A stretch of DNA of 64,000 bases from an uncultured Lentisphaerales bacterium (GTDB lineage: Bacteria > Verrucomicrobiota > Lentisphaeria > JABSQK01 > UBA12247): assembly GCA_943788985.1 (NCBI GenBank), contig CALSSJ010000023.1, positions 32,001 to 96,000 on the forward strand. The letters are read 5' to 3'. A model generated the notes under the pieces. It was not told the DNA's origin. It made no database searches and worked only from the letters and a program-made list of their open reading frames with translations. The translations under genes and the position numbers were made by a program. Shown here one piece after another: positions 1 to 10,294 of the stretch. Numbering within the stretch: position 1 is the first letter of the stretch; each line of letters begins with the position of its first letter.

Positions 1-1056
1 CGGGCGATGATAAGTAATGATGCGGTGGAACTTCTGGATGCCGTGCACGCGCTCGCAGACAAAGGCCGTGACCTCGAGCGCATGTATACCGACGTCCTCG
101 GCTACCTTCGCAACATCATGGTCTTTCAGCTCAGCAAGGAGCCCACCCGGATCGTAGATGTATCGGAGACAGAGCGCGTGCAGCTGGTCGCGCTGGCGCA
201 AAGCAGCGCCTCGATCGTGCAACGGTTGATTGATGGGCTGATGGATGATGATGGCGGCGTGCGCATGACCTTGAACAAGCGCCTCTATATCGAAGCCACA
301 TTCCTCCGCGTCATGCGCGACGCCCATGCCGTGCGTGTCGATGACCTGCTCGCCAAGCTGCGCGAGCTGGAAGCAAACGGACGCTTGAATGATCTTCCTC
401 GGGGAAATGAACCAGCCATACAAGTTTCCCAGATTGCCCAGATTCACGCGCCACTGGTCCAACCTCCCCCCCCGCCGACCGCCACTGCCGTCGTCGCGCA
501 GCCGATGGCAGCCGCGCCTCCAGCACCGGTGCCCCCGCGATTTCCAGCGGTCGATCAGACACCAGAGCCAATCGCTGCGGAGCCGCCTCAGCAGCCAGAG
601 ATCATCACTGCAGCTCCGCTGACACCTGAAACAGCGCCAGTCGCTGTGCCAGAGCCCTCAACGCCGCCTGAGCAGCCAGCGCCGGCTCCGCCGACACACA
701 CCGAGACCCCCGTCAGCCTGCAAGCTGTACGCACAGCACATGAGCTTTGGGCACACCTGCTCTCCGTCCATGGGGAGTCAGTCGCAGCCCTGCGCGACGC
801 TGGTACCGCCATCGGCCTCGAACAAGACACCCTTTTGTTGTCCGCAACCGCCGAGCCAAGCCAGGCCATTCGCCAAAAGGCCGCGGAAGTTGGTAGCGCG
901 CACACGCCTCCCTTGACCATCAACTGGCAGGTAGACATCCCGCTGAAGCGCAAGAAGACCGCATCCTCAGAAGCATGGGAGGCTGCCGAAGGAAGCGAAT
1001 TCGTCCAATCGCTCTGTGACCTGTTCGGAGGCAAGGTCGTCGATGTCCGCGGCTAG
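1..1056 (+). CDS. dnaX: DNA polymerase III subunit gamma/tau, C-terminal part (5' truncated by window)
   Basis: Helical collar-like region (GRDLERMYTDVLGYLRNIMV...RLYIEATFLR), long Pro/Ala-rich linker, typical terminal VQSLCDLFGGKVVDV motif. Confidence 0.8.
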   Translation, partial: RAMISNDAVELLDAVHALADKGRDLERMYTDVLGYLRNIMVFQLSKEPTRIVDVSETERVQLVALAQSSASIVQRLIDGLMDDDGGVRMTLNKRLYIEATFLRVMRDAHAVRVDDLLAKLRELEANGRLNDLPRGNEPAIQVSQIAQIHAPLVQPPPPPTATAVVAQPMAAAPPAPVPPRFPAVDQTPEPIAAEPPQQPEIITAAPLTPETAPVAVPEPSTPPEQPAPAPPTHTETPVSLQAVRTAHELWAHLLSVHGESVAALRDAGTAIGLEQDTLLLSATAEPSQAIRQKAAEVGSAHTPPLTINWQVDIPLKRKKTASSEAWEAAEGSEFVQSLCDLFGGKVVDVRG

Positions 1057-1720
1057 CACATCACGGTTTGACGCCGTCATTTTCGACATGGATGGCGTTT
1101 TGGTAGACTCAGAAGCATTCATCTGCCAGGCAGCCATTGCGATGTTCGCAGAGCTCGGCGTCCAGGCACAGGAGAGTGACTTCCTACCATTCGTCGGCAT
1201 GGGGGAAAATCGCTATCTCGGAGGCGTCGCAGAGAAGTACGCGGCTCCTTTTTCGCTGGAGCGGGATAAAGCGCGAACATACGCCATCTATCTGGACTTG
1301 ATCGTTGGCCAGCTGGACGCACTGCCGGGGGTTCACGACTTTATTGGCGAGCTCAAGGCACACGGCTTCAAGACAGCTGTCGCCTCCTCTGCGGATTTGG
1401 TCAAAGTGGCCGCCAATCTCCGCGAGATCGGCCTGCCGTTCGACTCCTTTGAGGCCGTCGTCAATGGCATGGATGTCGAGCACAAGAAGCCTGCGCCCGA
1501 CATATTTCTGCTGGCAGCGGAGCGCATCCAAGTCGATCCCCAGCGGTCCCTCGTGGTAGAGGATGCCATCAGCGGGGTCACTGCAGCGAAAGCAGCTGGC
1601 GCGCAATGCCTAGGCCTGACGACAAGTTTCCCTGCTGGAGACATGCACGAGGCGGATTGGATAGCACCGGACCTTTCCGCTGTCCCAGCCGCGCTTCGCG
1701 GCCTCCTGTTTGGCCCCTAA
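1043..1720 (+). CDS. HAD-superfamily phosphatase (beta-phosphoglucomutase/CbbY-like)
   Basis: Motifs FDMDGVLVD, VASS, KKPAPDIF, VVEDAISG; ATG at 1043 overlaps the end of dnaX. Confidence 0.9.
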   Translation: MSAASTSRFDAVIFDMDGVLVDSEAFICQAAIAMFAELGVQAQESDFLPFVGMGENRYLGGVAEKYAAPFSLERDKARTYAIYLDLIVGQLDALPGVHDFIGELKAHGFKTAVASSADLVKVAANLREIGLPFDSFEAVVNGMDVEHKKPAPDIFLLAAERIQVDPQRSLVVEDAISGVTAAKAAGAQCLGLTTSFPAGDMHEADWIAPDLSAVPAALRGLLFGP

Positions 1721-1985
1721 AAGTCTTTATTCGGCGATTGGATATTGGCGCTTCGCTCCCGATCCAGCTGGTCAGGCTCTGCCCCTTGGGCGGTCCGTGT
1801 TGGCTGTTGGATATTTTCGCTCCCGCGCCCCGGCTGTTGACGATTGTTCGGCCTCGGGACGAATCGGCGGGCTTGGCATCCCCCTCCGGCACGCAGAAAA
1901 CACGCACTCTAAGTTGTGTCCTGCGTATTTAGAAGTACCCTACTAAAGACAACAAGATCCCCCCGTAAACCAGAGGAACTCAGCC

Positions 1986-2330
1986 ATGCCAGATGCACAC
2001 GACCATAGCAACGAGAAAATCCAGGAAGCATTGAAGCTGCTTGAGGAAGCGGCATGCGAGAAACGCGACGCCCTAAAAACACTGATTTCGGAGCGCTACA
2101 CGCACCTGAAAGACGCCATGTCGGATAGCGAATCGAATGTCAAGGAATCCTTCAATCGCATGAGTCATCGCACCGCCGAGCAAGCACAGCGCTTCCGCGA
2201 AGTCGGCGAAGACCGCGTCCGTGAAGTGGCCAGCCAGGTCGACGAGAACGTCCACAACAATCCCTGGCCTTACATCGGCGGTGCCGCGGTGGCATCGCTC
2301 ATGCTCGGGTACATCCTCGGGCGCAAGTAA
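1986..2330 (+). CDS. DUF883 / ElaB-YqjD family membrane-anchored protein
   Basis: Coiled-coil N-terminus and C-terminal VHNNPWPYIGGAAVASLMLGYILGRK anchor; AGAGGA RBS. Confidence 0.8.
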   Translation: MPDAHDHSNEKIQEALKLLEEAACEKRDALKTLISERYTHLKDAMSDSESNVKESFNRMSHRTAEQAQRFREVGEDRVREVASQVDENVHNNPWPYIGGAAVASLMLGYILGRK

Positions 2331-2350
2331 GGCTACTGCCAGCGGAGCAC

Positions 2351-2872
2351 ATGAAGAAACTGCCGAAAAAGCTCCTGGCGCAGGTAGCAAGACGGCTGAT
2401 CCGTAAGAACGGCAGGAAGTGGGCCGTCCTTGCGCTCCGCTCCCTGCTGAGGGCGCAGTCTGTACGTCGCGTCCGCGCTGAACTGTACGCCAGCGCAGCG
2501 ACCGTTCGGGCCGCCGCCCAGGAAGCTGCGCTCGTCCGCGCCAAAGTTGAGATCGCCAAGATCGCCGTTCGCCAATGCGGCCGGCCGCCACGCAAACCGC
2601 TGATCGGCTTGGTTTTCGCCTATGGCTTGCCCACTCTAATCTGTGCCTTCGGGCTTGCCTCCGCTGCCACCGGAAGCGGAGTCTATCTCGCGACAAAATC
2701 CGTAAGCCCCGCCCTCTGGACCGTGACCCTTCTCTGGGGGCTCGCTGGCTTTGGCCTACTTGGCGTCTTTCTCGCAGTCATTTGGCGGATTGCTAGACAG
2801 GAAACCTGGAACGATTTGGCGTGGAAGATACAACGCTGGGCAAGAAGAACGCCAGACAAGGGTAAAGAATGA
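2351..2872 (+). CDS. Hypothetical two-TM membrane protein, likely partner of the DUF883 protein
   Basis: Basic N-terminus, two hydrophobic segments, operonic position. Confidence 0.5.
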   Translation: MKKLPKKLLAQVARRLIRKNGRKWAVLALRSLLRAQSVRRVRAELYASAATVRAAAQEAALVRAKVEIAKIAVRQCGRPPRKPLIGLVFAYGLPTLICAFGLASAATGSGVYLATKSVSPALWTVTLLWGLAGFGLLGVFLAVIWRIARQETWNDLAWKIQRWARRTPDKGKE

Positions 2873-5800
2873 TCCGGCTTGTGTCTTTACTGCTTGCCAC
2901 CGCCGTGTGGCTCTCTGCTGCCAAATCCAGCTGGACAGAGCACCCAGTCCCAGCCCGTGATATCCTTACCTCGGGCTCATTCGTCGATGATGTATCCGGT
3001 TGGGTAATTGGCCCGCAGACCGTACTTCATACCATGGACGGAGCCAAAACCTGGTATCCGCAAACACTTCCCGACCTGGATAACGTCTGGCTCACAGCCG
3101 TCCAAGCTCTAAGCGACTCCACCGCCGTGATCACCGCCTCCGCTTACGGCCGAAACAAAATTGGCATGGTCGTCAGAACCGAGGACAGCGGTCGCTCCTG
3201 GACCAAGCTTGCGCTGCGCAAGGGCACCTTTTCCTCCGTGGTCTTCCATGCGGACAGGACGCGCGGCTACCTGATCTCCAGCAGCCAGGGGCTGCTTCGC
3301 ACCAACGACCGCGGTATCTCGTGGGCCCCCGTCCGCATGCCTCGCCCACTCGTTCTGCGCAAGGACAACCATCAGAGCATGATCTCGCTGCCAGATGACA
3401 AAACGGCCTGGGTCGCATCGCGCAACGGCCTGTGGCGCTCGGACAACGATGGTGCCGACTGGCAATGGGTCCCGTTACCAATCGGTGAGATGGCGCTGGA
3501 TGCCGCGATTCATCAGATCTCATTCGCAACCAGCCAGATCGGCTGGGCCCTCCTGAGCGGCAATACCTTGGAAACCCGCGACGGCGGCCGCACTTGGGCT
3601 CAAATCAACGTCTCCGGTCTCCCCTATGCCGTTTCCTCGGAACGCGTCTGGATCCTCAGCAGCATTCAGGCATGGCAATCCAAAGACAGCGGCCGCAGTT
3701 GGGTCCCCAATCTATCCTTGGATCAGCGCAAAGGTCGCCTCATTGGCCTCGCCTTTACGCCCACCCGCGTCTTCGCCCTTGGCGGTACGCAGGCCATTCG
3801 CCAACCATATATTGCCGAGCGCTCGATGATCGGCAACCGACATGCCGCTGAGGACGTCGCCGTCAACGTGCCCATTCGCGTAGCCAAGCCTGGTTTCGTC
3901 GGCCTGCAGATTCAGAATAATGCGAACCGTGTCGTCCAGAACATGGCCGATATTCCCGCGGCTGCCGGTGAAAGCGCAGTGCAGTGGGACCTCTCAACAG
4001 TGGACGACCTCTGGCGCGACACCCCCAGGCTGCATAACAACCTCCTTCCCGAGGCAGACAATAAAACCCTGACCGCCGATTCCGGGAGATATCTCATCCG
4101 CGGCATCTGGCGACCGCAGCTAGACCTGCGTTATAGCGGCTCCTTCCTCCCGATCAAGGACCACGGCATGCCGTGGTTGACTGAGGACCGTCGCGGCGGT
4201 TGGGTCGGCGACTTAAAGCCAGCCAGCACCATCGCCGCCACTAGCAACGGCATGTGGCTTGGTGCCTATGCCAAGAAAGGCGATGCACTGATCCAATGTG
4301 ACCTCAACATGGAGAAGTTGTGGGGCACGCCGCGCATCCAGTTGGCCTGCCCACGCGTGATGACCGCCGCTGGCGACCACCTTTATTTTGTCGATCACGG
4401 CCTGGCGGCAGATAACCTCGTCCTCATTCAGTTCAATACCATCACCCGCCAAGTCCGCCGCGTGCGCGTGATGGGCCGAGAGCCCAACAGAAAGCCCCAG
4501 ATCAGCGGCATCGCAGTCACCGATAACCGCCTCTACCTCGCCGACCGCATGCAGAATCAGATCTTAGTCTGCACGCTTGACAGCAGCCTCACCCGCAACA
4601 GGAAAAACCCACTTCCACTCGCAAACCTAGGGCGAGACATGTCCGCGGTTGCCACCATCCTGAATACCTTCTCGCTCCCGAAGCCTGGTCGCATCCGGGT
4701 TCTGGATGATCGTCACCTACTCGTCGTCAGCGACGATCGCATCGTCCAGATCCACCGCGGCACGGGCGGCGTAGAGGTCGTCGTTTCTGGATTGGTCAAC
4801 CCCCTCGGCCTGGCTGTCGACGGCACCGGTAATTTCTTCGTCGGCGAGATGGCGCCGCAACATCAGGTCAAGATGTACTCCCGCGATGGCAGGATGTTGC
4901 GCAGCATAGGCCTGATTGGCCCCCACCGCATCGGCGAGTTCGACCGAAATAACCTCGAAAGCCCAGCAGGTCTCGCAGTCGCAGCCGACGGAAACCTATG
5001 GGTCTGTGAGGCCAACGACGAACTACGACGCGTTAGCGTCTGGGACCGAAATGGCACCTGTGTCCGCCAAGTGATTGGCCCAGCCCTCTACAGCGGTGGC
5101 GGTACCATCGATCCCCAGAACCCAAACCGCTTCTTCTACCTAGGCAAAGAATTCCACCGCGACAGCAACGGGAAAGTTTCGCTCACCCGAATCCTCTGGC
5201 GCAGAAACGGGCTTGATTACGATTCATTCGCTGGCTCTCGGCGACTGAACTCCAACGGCGACGCACCATCTCACCCGTTCTACAACAATCGCAGCCTTTT
5301 CTTCAGTCAGTGGGGTGGCTACGGGATGGGAAATGTGAACACCATCTGGCGCAATGTCGATGACCACCTGCGGCCCGTCGCCGCCGTAGGCGTAATTCCA
5401 GACTGGCTACGAGAACGCCTCTCTCTCCCGGTAGACAGCACCATTTTTGCCTGGACCGATCGAGACCGGGACGGCCGCGTCCAGGCTCGTGAACTCACCA
5501 CTGGCACCTTGCCCAAGCCCGACTCCGTCTGGGGCACACGCGTCAGCAAGACCTTCGAGGTCGCCTTCTCGGCCCTCACCGGCCGCCTTGGCTTTGCCTT
5601 GTTCCGCGTCCAGGGAGCGACTCCAGACGGAAATCCCCTCTACGAGTTACCGCAAGCCTACCAGTACGTCGATGACATCGTCCTACCCCCTACCCAGCAG
5701 ATTCAGTCGGTCGCCATGGACAGCCTCGGCCAACCCATACTCTGCGGCCCCTATCTTTACGGCGTCACCCGCGGCGGGCGCACCCGCTGGCGCTACCCAA

Positions 5801-6963
5801 ATCGCTGGCCCAGCCTATTCGACAGCCTCTTTACCTCAGCCAGTGGGGCCGAGCGCGGCATGATCATTGGCGGCACGCGCTTCATGGGCATCACCCAAGT
5901 GGGCACCAGAATGGGGGACATTGCCTGCCTCGGCACCAACTTTGGTAGCGCCCACCTCATCAGCGGGGACGGAATCTACATCGGCCAAGTCTTTCGTGAT
6001 GTTCGCCGTGGCCGCAGCTGGACCTTTAATTCCCTACCCACATCGGCAGACCTTCACAGCGTATCACTTGGGCAGGAACACTTTGGTGGCACCTTTCAGC
6101 GCGTCGTGGGCCCTGACGGCCGTGAGCGTTACATGATGGTCGTCAGCGGCGCTGGCGGAACCTGCTCCGTCGTGGAGATCGCAAACTTGGGCAGTATCCA
6201 GCGTCTCAGTGACACGCCCATCGCCGTGTTCGAGGAACAGGCCGCCGTAGTCAAGCAGCAGGCAGAGTTGCGACAGCCATACGTCCAGCCCACTGCCTAC
6301 CTCCAAATTCAGCAGCGCACCATCCATGTCGATGGCGACCTCGCAGAGTGGCCTGAGGAGCAGGCCCTCGGCATGCGCTTCGCCTACGATGATCGCTTCC
6401 TCTATATTGGCTATCAGCGGCAATTCGGCTTTCCCGGATTCGAAAACGCCGCCACCGCCGGAGACTTCCTCGAGTGCTTTCGCCGCGGCAATGGTCTCGA
6501 ACTCCACTTCTCTACGGAGCCCACCGCCGATCCCAATCGCACGGCCCCCGTGAAGGGAGATCGCCGCCTTGTCATCTGCAAAGTCGACGGCACACTCCAG
6601 GCCGTTCTATTCGACTATCGGCGCGACAGCATCATGCCACTGGCAAAAATCCACTACCCCACCTTCTGGAGCGACGCAACTGTCGATCACGTGGAGATCC
6701 TCCCCGGTGCCGTGATTGCCGGTCGAGAGGGCGACACCTACCAGCTCGAAGCCGCGATCCCCCTCCAGGCTCTTGGCCTGCAGCCCACCCGCATCCCGCG
6801 AATTAGGGCCGACTTTGGCATTGACCTCGGTGATCAAACAGGACGGCAGACTATCGAGCGCGCCTTCTGGAGTAATCCCAACACCAAGCTAATCTCAGAC
6901 GTGACCAGCGAAGTCACCCTCACCCCGCGCCGCTGGGGCACCTTTCACTTTATCCAGCCCTAA
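2869..6963 (+). CDS. Large secreted protein: YCF48/BNR propeller + NHL-type propeller(s) + C-terminal CBM9/DOMON-like domain
   Basis: Signal peptide; repeated T/S-x-D-x-G-x-T/S-W Asp-boxes; NPLGLAVDG and SPAGLAVAADGNLWV NHL repeats; VDGDLAEW and YQLEAAIPL C-terminal motifs. Confidence 0.75.
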   Translation: MIRLVSLLLATAVWLSAAKSSWTEHPVPARDILTSGSFVDDVSGWVIGPQTVLHTMDGAKTWYPQTLPDLDNVWLTAVQALSDSTAVITASAYGRNKIGMVVRTEDSGRSWTKLALRKGTFSSVVFHADRTRGYLISSSQGLLRTNDRGISWAPVRMPRPLVLRKDNHQSMISLPDDKTAWVASRNGLWRSDNDGADWQWVPLPIGEMALDAAIHQISFATSQIGWALLSGNTLETRDGGRTWAQINVSGLPYAVSSERVWILSSIQAWQSKDSGRSWVPNLSLDQRKGRLIGLAFTPTRVFALGGTQAIRQPYIAERSMIGNRHAAEDVAVNVPIRVAKPGFVGLQIQNNANRVVQNMADIPAAAGESAVQWDLSTVDDLWRDTPRLHNNLLPEADNKTLTADSGRYLIRGIWRPQLDLRYSGSFLPIKDHGMPWLTEDRRGGWVGDLKPASTIAATSNGMWLGAYAKKGDALIQCDLNMEKLWGTPRIQLACPRVMTAAGDHLYFVDHGLAADNLVLIQFNTITRQVRRVRVMGREPNRKPQISGIAVTDNRLYLADRMQNQILVCTLDSSLTRNRKNPLPLANLGRDMSAVATILNTFSLPKPGRIRVLDDRHLLVVSDDRIVQIHRGTGGVEVVVSGLVNPLGLAVDGTGNFFVGEMAPQHQVKMYSRDGRMLRSIGLIGPHRIGEFDRNNLESPAGLAVAADGNLWVCEANDELRRVSVWDRNGTCVRQVIGPALYSGGGTIDPQNPNRFFYLGKEFHRDSNGKVSLTRILWRRNGLDYDSFAGSRRLNSNGDAPSHPFYNNRSLFFSQWGGYGMGNVNTIWRNVDDHLRPVAAVGVIPDWLRERLSLPVDSTIFAWTDRDRDGRVQARELTTGTLPKPDSVWGTRVSKTFEVAFSALTGRLGFALFRVQGATPDGNPLYELPQAYQYVDDIVLPPTQQIQSVAMDSLGQPILCGPYLYGVTRGGRTRWRYPNRWPSLFDSLFTSASGAERGMIIGGTRFMGITQVGTRMGDIACLGTNFGSAHLISGDGIYIGQVFRDVRRGRSWTFNSLPTSADLHSVSLGQEHFGGTFQRVVGPDGRERYMMVVSGAGGTCSVVEIANLGSIQRLSDTPIAVFEEQAAVVKQQAELRQPYVQPTAYLQIQQRTIHVDGDLAEWPEEQALGMRFAYDDRFLYIGYQRQFGFPGFENAATAGDFLECFRRGNGLELHFSTEPTADPNRTAPVKGDRRLVICKVDGTLQAVLFDYRRDSIMPLAKIHYPTFWSDATVDHVEILPGAVIAGREGDTYQLEAAIPLQALGLQPTRIPRIRADFGIDLGDQTGRQTIERAFWSNPNTKLISDVTSEVTLTPRRWGTFHFIQP

Positions 6964-6975
6964 CAGGCTAGAGCC

Positions 6976-7272
6976 ATGCGCATCTTAAGCGGAATTACCC
7001 TCCTAATCTGCGGGCTGCTCGCGCATCTCGCCATTGCCTTGCCAATCGGCTTTCTGGCCATTGCTGTCTACACCACAGCGCATCTGGATCCTAGCTGGCC
7101 CGACGAAAAGATCGTGCTCGTCATCAGCGCCATCTGCTGGCCGATGTCCATTCTGGCTACCTTGCTCTACGGCAACAAGTACACTGCCTATCCAACCATG
7201 CTCAGCTGGGTTCTTACCGGCTGCGAAAGATTGCGCATCCGGCATTCTCCTGAGAGCGATCCGACGCTCTGA
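6976..7272 (+). CDS. Small hypothetical membrane protein
   Basis: Two to three hydrophobic helices; operonic spacing. Confidence 0.5.
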   Translation: MRILSGITLLICGLLAHLAIALPIGFLAIAVYTTAHLDPSWPDEKIVLVISAICWPMSILATLLYGNKYTAYPTMLSWVLTGCERLRIRHSPESDPTL

Positions 7273-7309
7273 CACCCCCTAATTTCCCTGAAACTGTTGC
7301 GGAACCACT

Positions 7310-8449
7310 ATGCCCCCCCCAGAAGAAGACTTGGCCCCCACACTCGTTCTCTCAGAGGACCAACTCAGCCGCCCCAATCCCTTGCGGCGCACGAGCGATG
7401 ACCAGTCTCTAATTTTTGCCTACGATGCGTTTCGTGACCTACAACTCGCCAAAGATCTGTCCATTGAGCTAGACTACAACGTCACTAAATTACTCGGACG
7501 GGGCTCCCAAGGCGTAGTCATGGGCCTCGAACGGCGCTCCCATCGCGCCTGTGTCACCCATCATGCACTCAAGATCTTCGATCCCTCCGTCTATAGCGCC
7601 TTCGAAGATTACGAAGTAGACATCCAGCGCATCGCCATCCAGGTCGGGGTCCTTCAGCGCCTCTCGCACCCCAACCTCGTGAGCTGTAACTGGATGTACG
7701 AGAATGATGGCGTCGGGATGATGCTCATGGAGAACATCGAGGGTCTCAGCCTGGATCAAGTACTTGACCGGAAGGCACATGCCGCTTTAAAGGACCCCTT
7801 GGCACCTAAGCAATGGGAACACTTCAACCGCGTTATCTTCAACCGGCACCGGTCCCTCCAGGCAGGAATCGCACTCTACATCCTGCGGAAAGTGCTCCGC
7901 GGTATCGACGTTCTCCATCAAGTCGGTTATATCCACTGTGACATCAAGCCGTCCAACATCATGGTCGACCGCTTTGGTACCGTCAAACTCATTGACTTTG
8001 GCCGTGCCATCCCCGCCGAGAACCCCGAGAATATCCTCCTTGGCAGCTATCTCTATATGGCGCCAGAGGTGCACCAGCGCCAGCGACTTACCCCCCAATC
8101 AGACCTCTACAGCGCTGGGATTGTCGCGCTTGAGCTTCTCCATGGCGGCCACCTGATCGACACCGCCACTTCCGAAGAAGACATCCTCGCCTTCAAGCTC
8201 CAGCTGCCCGAAAAAATCGGTAGCTACCTCGCGCCCGAACTGCGCGAAAATACGTTGCTCATGGAAATTCTGCGGCGGCTGTTGGCCGTCAACCCACAGG
8301 ATCGCTTCGCCAGCGCGGGCGAGGCTGACACCGGCGACAGCGGCGTGCGGCTCATTCATCGCCAGCTCCTCGTTGCCAGTCTCGACACCGACTACGGCCG
8401 GGAGATGGAATCCTACCTCGGGCTTCGGCTCCAACACCGCACCGCCTGA
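7310..8449 (+). CDS. Hanks-type Ser/Thr protein kinase (cytoplasmic)
   Basis: LGRGSQGVV P-loop, HALK, HCDIKPSN, DFG, YMAPE, SDLYSAG motifs. Confidence 0.93.
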   Translation: MPPPEEDLAPTLVLSEDQLSRPNPLRRTSDDQSLIFAYDAFRDLQLAKDLSIELDYNVTKLLGRGSQGVVMGLERRSHRACVTHHALKIFDPSVYSAFEDYEVDIQRIAIQVGVLQRLSHPNLVSCNWMYENDGVGMMLMENIEGLSLDQVLDRKAHAALKDPLAPKQWEHFNRVIFNRHRSLQAGIALYILRKVLRGIDVLHQVGYIHCDIKPSNIMVDRFGTVKLIDFGRAIPAENPENILLGSYLYMAPEVHQRQRLTPQSDLYSAGIVALELLHGGHLIDTATSEEDILAFKLQLPEKIGSYLAPELRENTLLMEILRRLLAVNPQDRFASAGEADTGDSGVRLIHRQLLVASLDTDYGREMESYLGLRLQHRTA

Positions 8450-8453
8450 ACGC

Positions 8454-8499
8454 AAAAAAGCACTGAGCGCGCCTCGCGATGCGATCGCGCACTCAGTGC
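8454..8499 (-). terminator. Rho-independent terminator downstream of glnK
   Basis: GCACTGAG...CTCAGTGC stem followed by a T-run on the minus strand; between convergent genes. Confidence 0.7.
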
Positions 8500-8529
8500 C
8501 TTGGCTCAGAGAGGGCAGACGCTCAATTC

Positions 8530-8865
8530 CTAGATAGCGTCCGACCCTGTCTCACCAGTTCGGATTCGAACCACTTCGTCCAGCGTGGTGACGAAAATCT
8601 TACCATCGCCGACAGCACCCGTGCGAGCGCCCTTGACGATCGCATCGATTGCTATCTGCACGAATTCTTGGTTCACCGCGATTTCCAGGCGCACCTTGGG
8701 AATCAACCCAGGTGCGACCTGTTGGCCACGATAAAGGTCCACGGCTTCTGCATTTCCGCGCCCGGTACAACGGCTGGCGGTAATGCGGCTAATTCCGGCT
8801 CCAATCAGTTCTTCGCGAACCGCGTCCAGATTATCCGGCTGAATGATTGCTGTGACAAGCTTCAT
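8530..8865 (-). CDS. glnK: Nitrogen regulatory protein P-II
   Basis: MKLVTAII, T-loop LYRG, GAVGDGKIFV, VRIRTGETG; directly downstream of amtB. Confidence 0.93.
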   Translation of the reverse strand: MKLVTAIIQPDNLDAVREELIGAGISRITASRCTGRGNAEAVDLYRGQQVAPGLIPKVRLEIAVNQEFVQIAIDAIVKGARTGAVGDGKIFVTTLDEVVRIRTGETGSDAI

Positions 8866-8884
8866 CGTTCTTTTCTCCGCTTGC

Positions 8885-10249
8885 TCAATTAAGGTTTAGC
8901 AGGCCGTAACCATGCTCACCGTGAAGGCTGCTGTCCATACCCGCATTCTCGTCGTCCTTGCTCATGCGCAGACCGATTGTCTTATCCACCAGGATTACCA
9001 AGATCAGGCTCACAACGCCAGCGTAGATCGCCGAAACCAACACACCTTCAGTTTGATACCACAGCTGCTGGCTGAAGCTATCCGGCGCATTGCGCATGAA
9101 GAATGTCAGGCCAATCGCGCCGATGATTCCGGCCACGCCATGAATCCCAAATACATCCAGCGTGTCATCGTAGCCAAGCTTATTCTTCAGCTGGATCGCC
9201 ATGTAGCACCCTACCGAAGCCAGCACAGCCAGCACGATCGCGCCAAGCGCCTGCACATCACCGGCAGCAGGTGTGATCACCACCAGGCCAGCAAGGATAC
9301 CAGACACTAGACCCAGACCCGTTGCTTTACGATGATGCAACCATTCAACCAACATCCAGGCCAACGCACCGGCAGCGGCAGCGATCTGCGTCACAGCCAG
9401 AGCCTGTGCAGTCTGCAGGCCGCTGGCAACAGAGCTACCCGCGTTAAAACCGAACCAGCCTACCCAAAGCAGACCAGCGCCCACCATCGTCATCACCAGG
9501 TTATTCGGATGCATCGCCACCTTCGGATAGCCACGACGAGTGCCCAAATAGAGCGCCATTACCAGACCGGCTACGCCAGCCGAAATGTGGATCACCGTGC
9601 CACCGGCAAAGTCGATCGCCTTCCCTGTTAGGAAGCCGCCGCCCCAGACCCAATGGCATAGCGGGTTGTACACCAGCAGGCTCCACAGCGTGATCAACAC
9701 CAGAAACCCACCGAAACGCACGCGCTCCGCAAACGCACCAGCCAGAATCGCCGGGGTAATCATCGCGAACTTGCCCTGGAACATGACAAACACCAGAGTC
9801 GGGATCGCCATTGCCACCCCGTTCACTTCTATTTCATAAAGTGCGGAGTCCGCACTGCCGAGCAGGATCAGCGAGCTGTCCCAGCCACACCAGCCATTAC
9901 TCACGCCAAAACACATCGCGTAGCCACACACTGCCCAGACCACACCGATCACAGCCATCGAACCGAAGCTGTGCATCATCGTGCCCACCACGTTCTTTGT
10001 CCGGACCAGGCCGCCATAGAACATGGCCAGTGCCGGGATCATCAATAGAACCAACGTTGTTGATGCCAGCATCCAAGCTGTCGTTCCTGTGTCAATCGGA
10101 AGCGGCGCCACAACCTCTGCTGCCTCTCCCAACTCCTGCGCCCAGCTGCCGAACGCTGCAAGCGTCAGCCCGAGCCCCATCCCGTGTTTCCAATGCCTCA
10201 TCCTCATTCCTCGCCCTATTAGGGTTGCCATTTCGTTCACAAGTCCCAT
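8885..10249 (-). CDS. amtB: Ammonium transporter (true start may be 10207 or 10201)
   Basis: AMFYGGLVR, FQGKFAMITP, DFAGGTVIH, WFGFNAGS, DDTLDVFGIHG motifs. Confidence 0.96.
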   Translation of the reverse strand: MGLVNEMATLIGRGMRMRHWKHGMGLGLTLAAFGSWAQELGEAAEVVAPLPIDTGTTAWMLASTTLVLLMIPALAMFYGGLVRTKNVVGTMMHSFGSMAVIGVVWAVCGYAMCFGVSNGWCGWDSSLILLGSADSALYEIEVNGVAMAIPTLVFVMFQGKFAMITPAILAGAFAERVRFGGFLVLITLWSLLVYNPLCHWVWGGGFLTGKAIDFAGGTVIHISAGVAGLVMALYLGTRRGYPKVAMHPNNLVMTMVGAGLLWVGWFGFNAGSSVASGLQTAQALAVTQIAAAAGALAWMLVEWLHHRKATGLGLVSGILAGLVVITPAAGDVQALGAIVLAVLASVGCYMAIQLKNKLGYDDTLDVFGIHGVAGIIGAIGLTFFMRNAPDSFSQQLWYQTEGVLVSAIYAGVVSLILVILVDKTIGLRMSKDDENAGMDSSLHGEHGYGLLNLN

Positions 10250-10277
10250 TGTGAACCAACATCACCACGGAAACGTA

Positions 10278-10294
10278 AGCAGAAACCATGCCAA
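10278..10294 (-). promoter_or_regulatory. Sigma-54 (-24/-12) promoter of amtB-glnK
   Basis: Minus strand reads TTGGCATGGTTTCTGCT, with exact GG-N10-GC spacing, upstream of a nitrogen-regulated operon. Confidence 0.75.

Noticed and set aside
440..720. Pro/Ala-rich low-complexity stretch as a repeat element
   Set aside because: Normal DnaX tau linker.
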